Assembly (NCBI RefSeq): GCF_024521635.1
Contig: NW_026250405.1
Span: forward strand, 62,001-126,000
Origin: Tricharina praecox
Lineage: Eukaryota
Length of the DNA: 64,000 bases
Direction of reading: 5' to 3'
The position numbers were made by a program, and so were the translations under genes. The stretch's first letter is position 1, and each line of letters starts with the position of its first letter. This document shows, piece after piece, positions 63,967-64,000 of the stretch. Below the pieces are notes generated by a model. It searched no databases. It was given only the letters and a program-made list of their open reading frames with translations, and had not been told where the DNA came from.

Positions 63967-64000
63967 ACTCTTCACCGCCACTCACCGTCGGATCCGCAAC

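Overview
Eukaryotic, intron-rich filamentous-ascomycete DNA (short GT-AG introns with CTRAC branch sites). The micro-exon methyltransferase family suggests Pezizomycetes, which is inference. About 18 genes can be reconstructed by hand. Conserved genes: an AbaA/TEA transcription factor preceded by ~7.8 kb with no recognisable gene, an MTH1-like Nudix hydrolase, a divergent MSK1/TIM10 pair, an STB2/STB6-like protein, a ~1100-aa low-complexity protein, OLA1 and a Rab4-like GTPase. Accessory-type genes: a Het-C family gene, a 2OG-Fe(II) dioxygenase with an extra repeat tail, an apparently non-catalytic pepsin-like membrane protein, two tandem SAM methyltransferases, a disrupted FAD monooxygenase, a solo copia-Gag-like ORF, an inverted pair of CFEM membrane proteins, a secreted Gly/Leu-repeat protein and a DUF4140/DUF4139 protein. 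Four observations stand out. (1) A frame-shifting optional intron in het-c gives two plausible C-termini from overlapping frames. (2) A dispersed tRNA-derived SINE/Pol III-like element occurs in two copies 46 kb apart, with a tRNA-Ser-like relic next to one copy. (3) The Gag-like ORF lacks pol/LTRs and is fused to ~40-aa repeats. (4) An inverted duplication around the Rab gene differs almost only by transitions. All exon boundaries and family calls were read by eye, with no searches.
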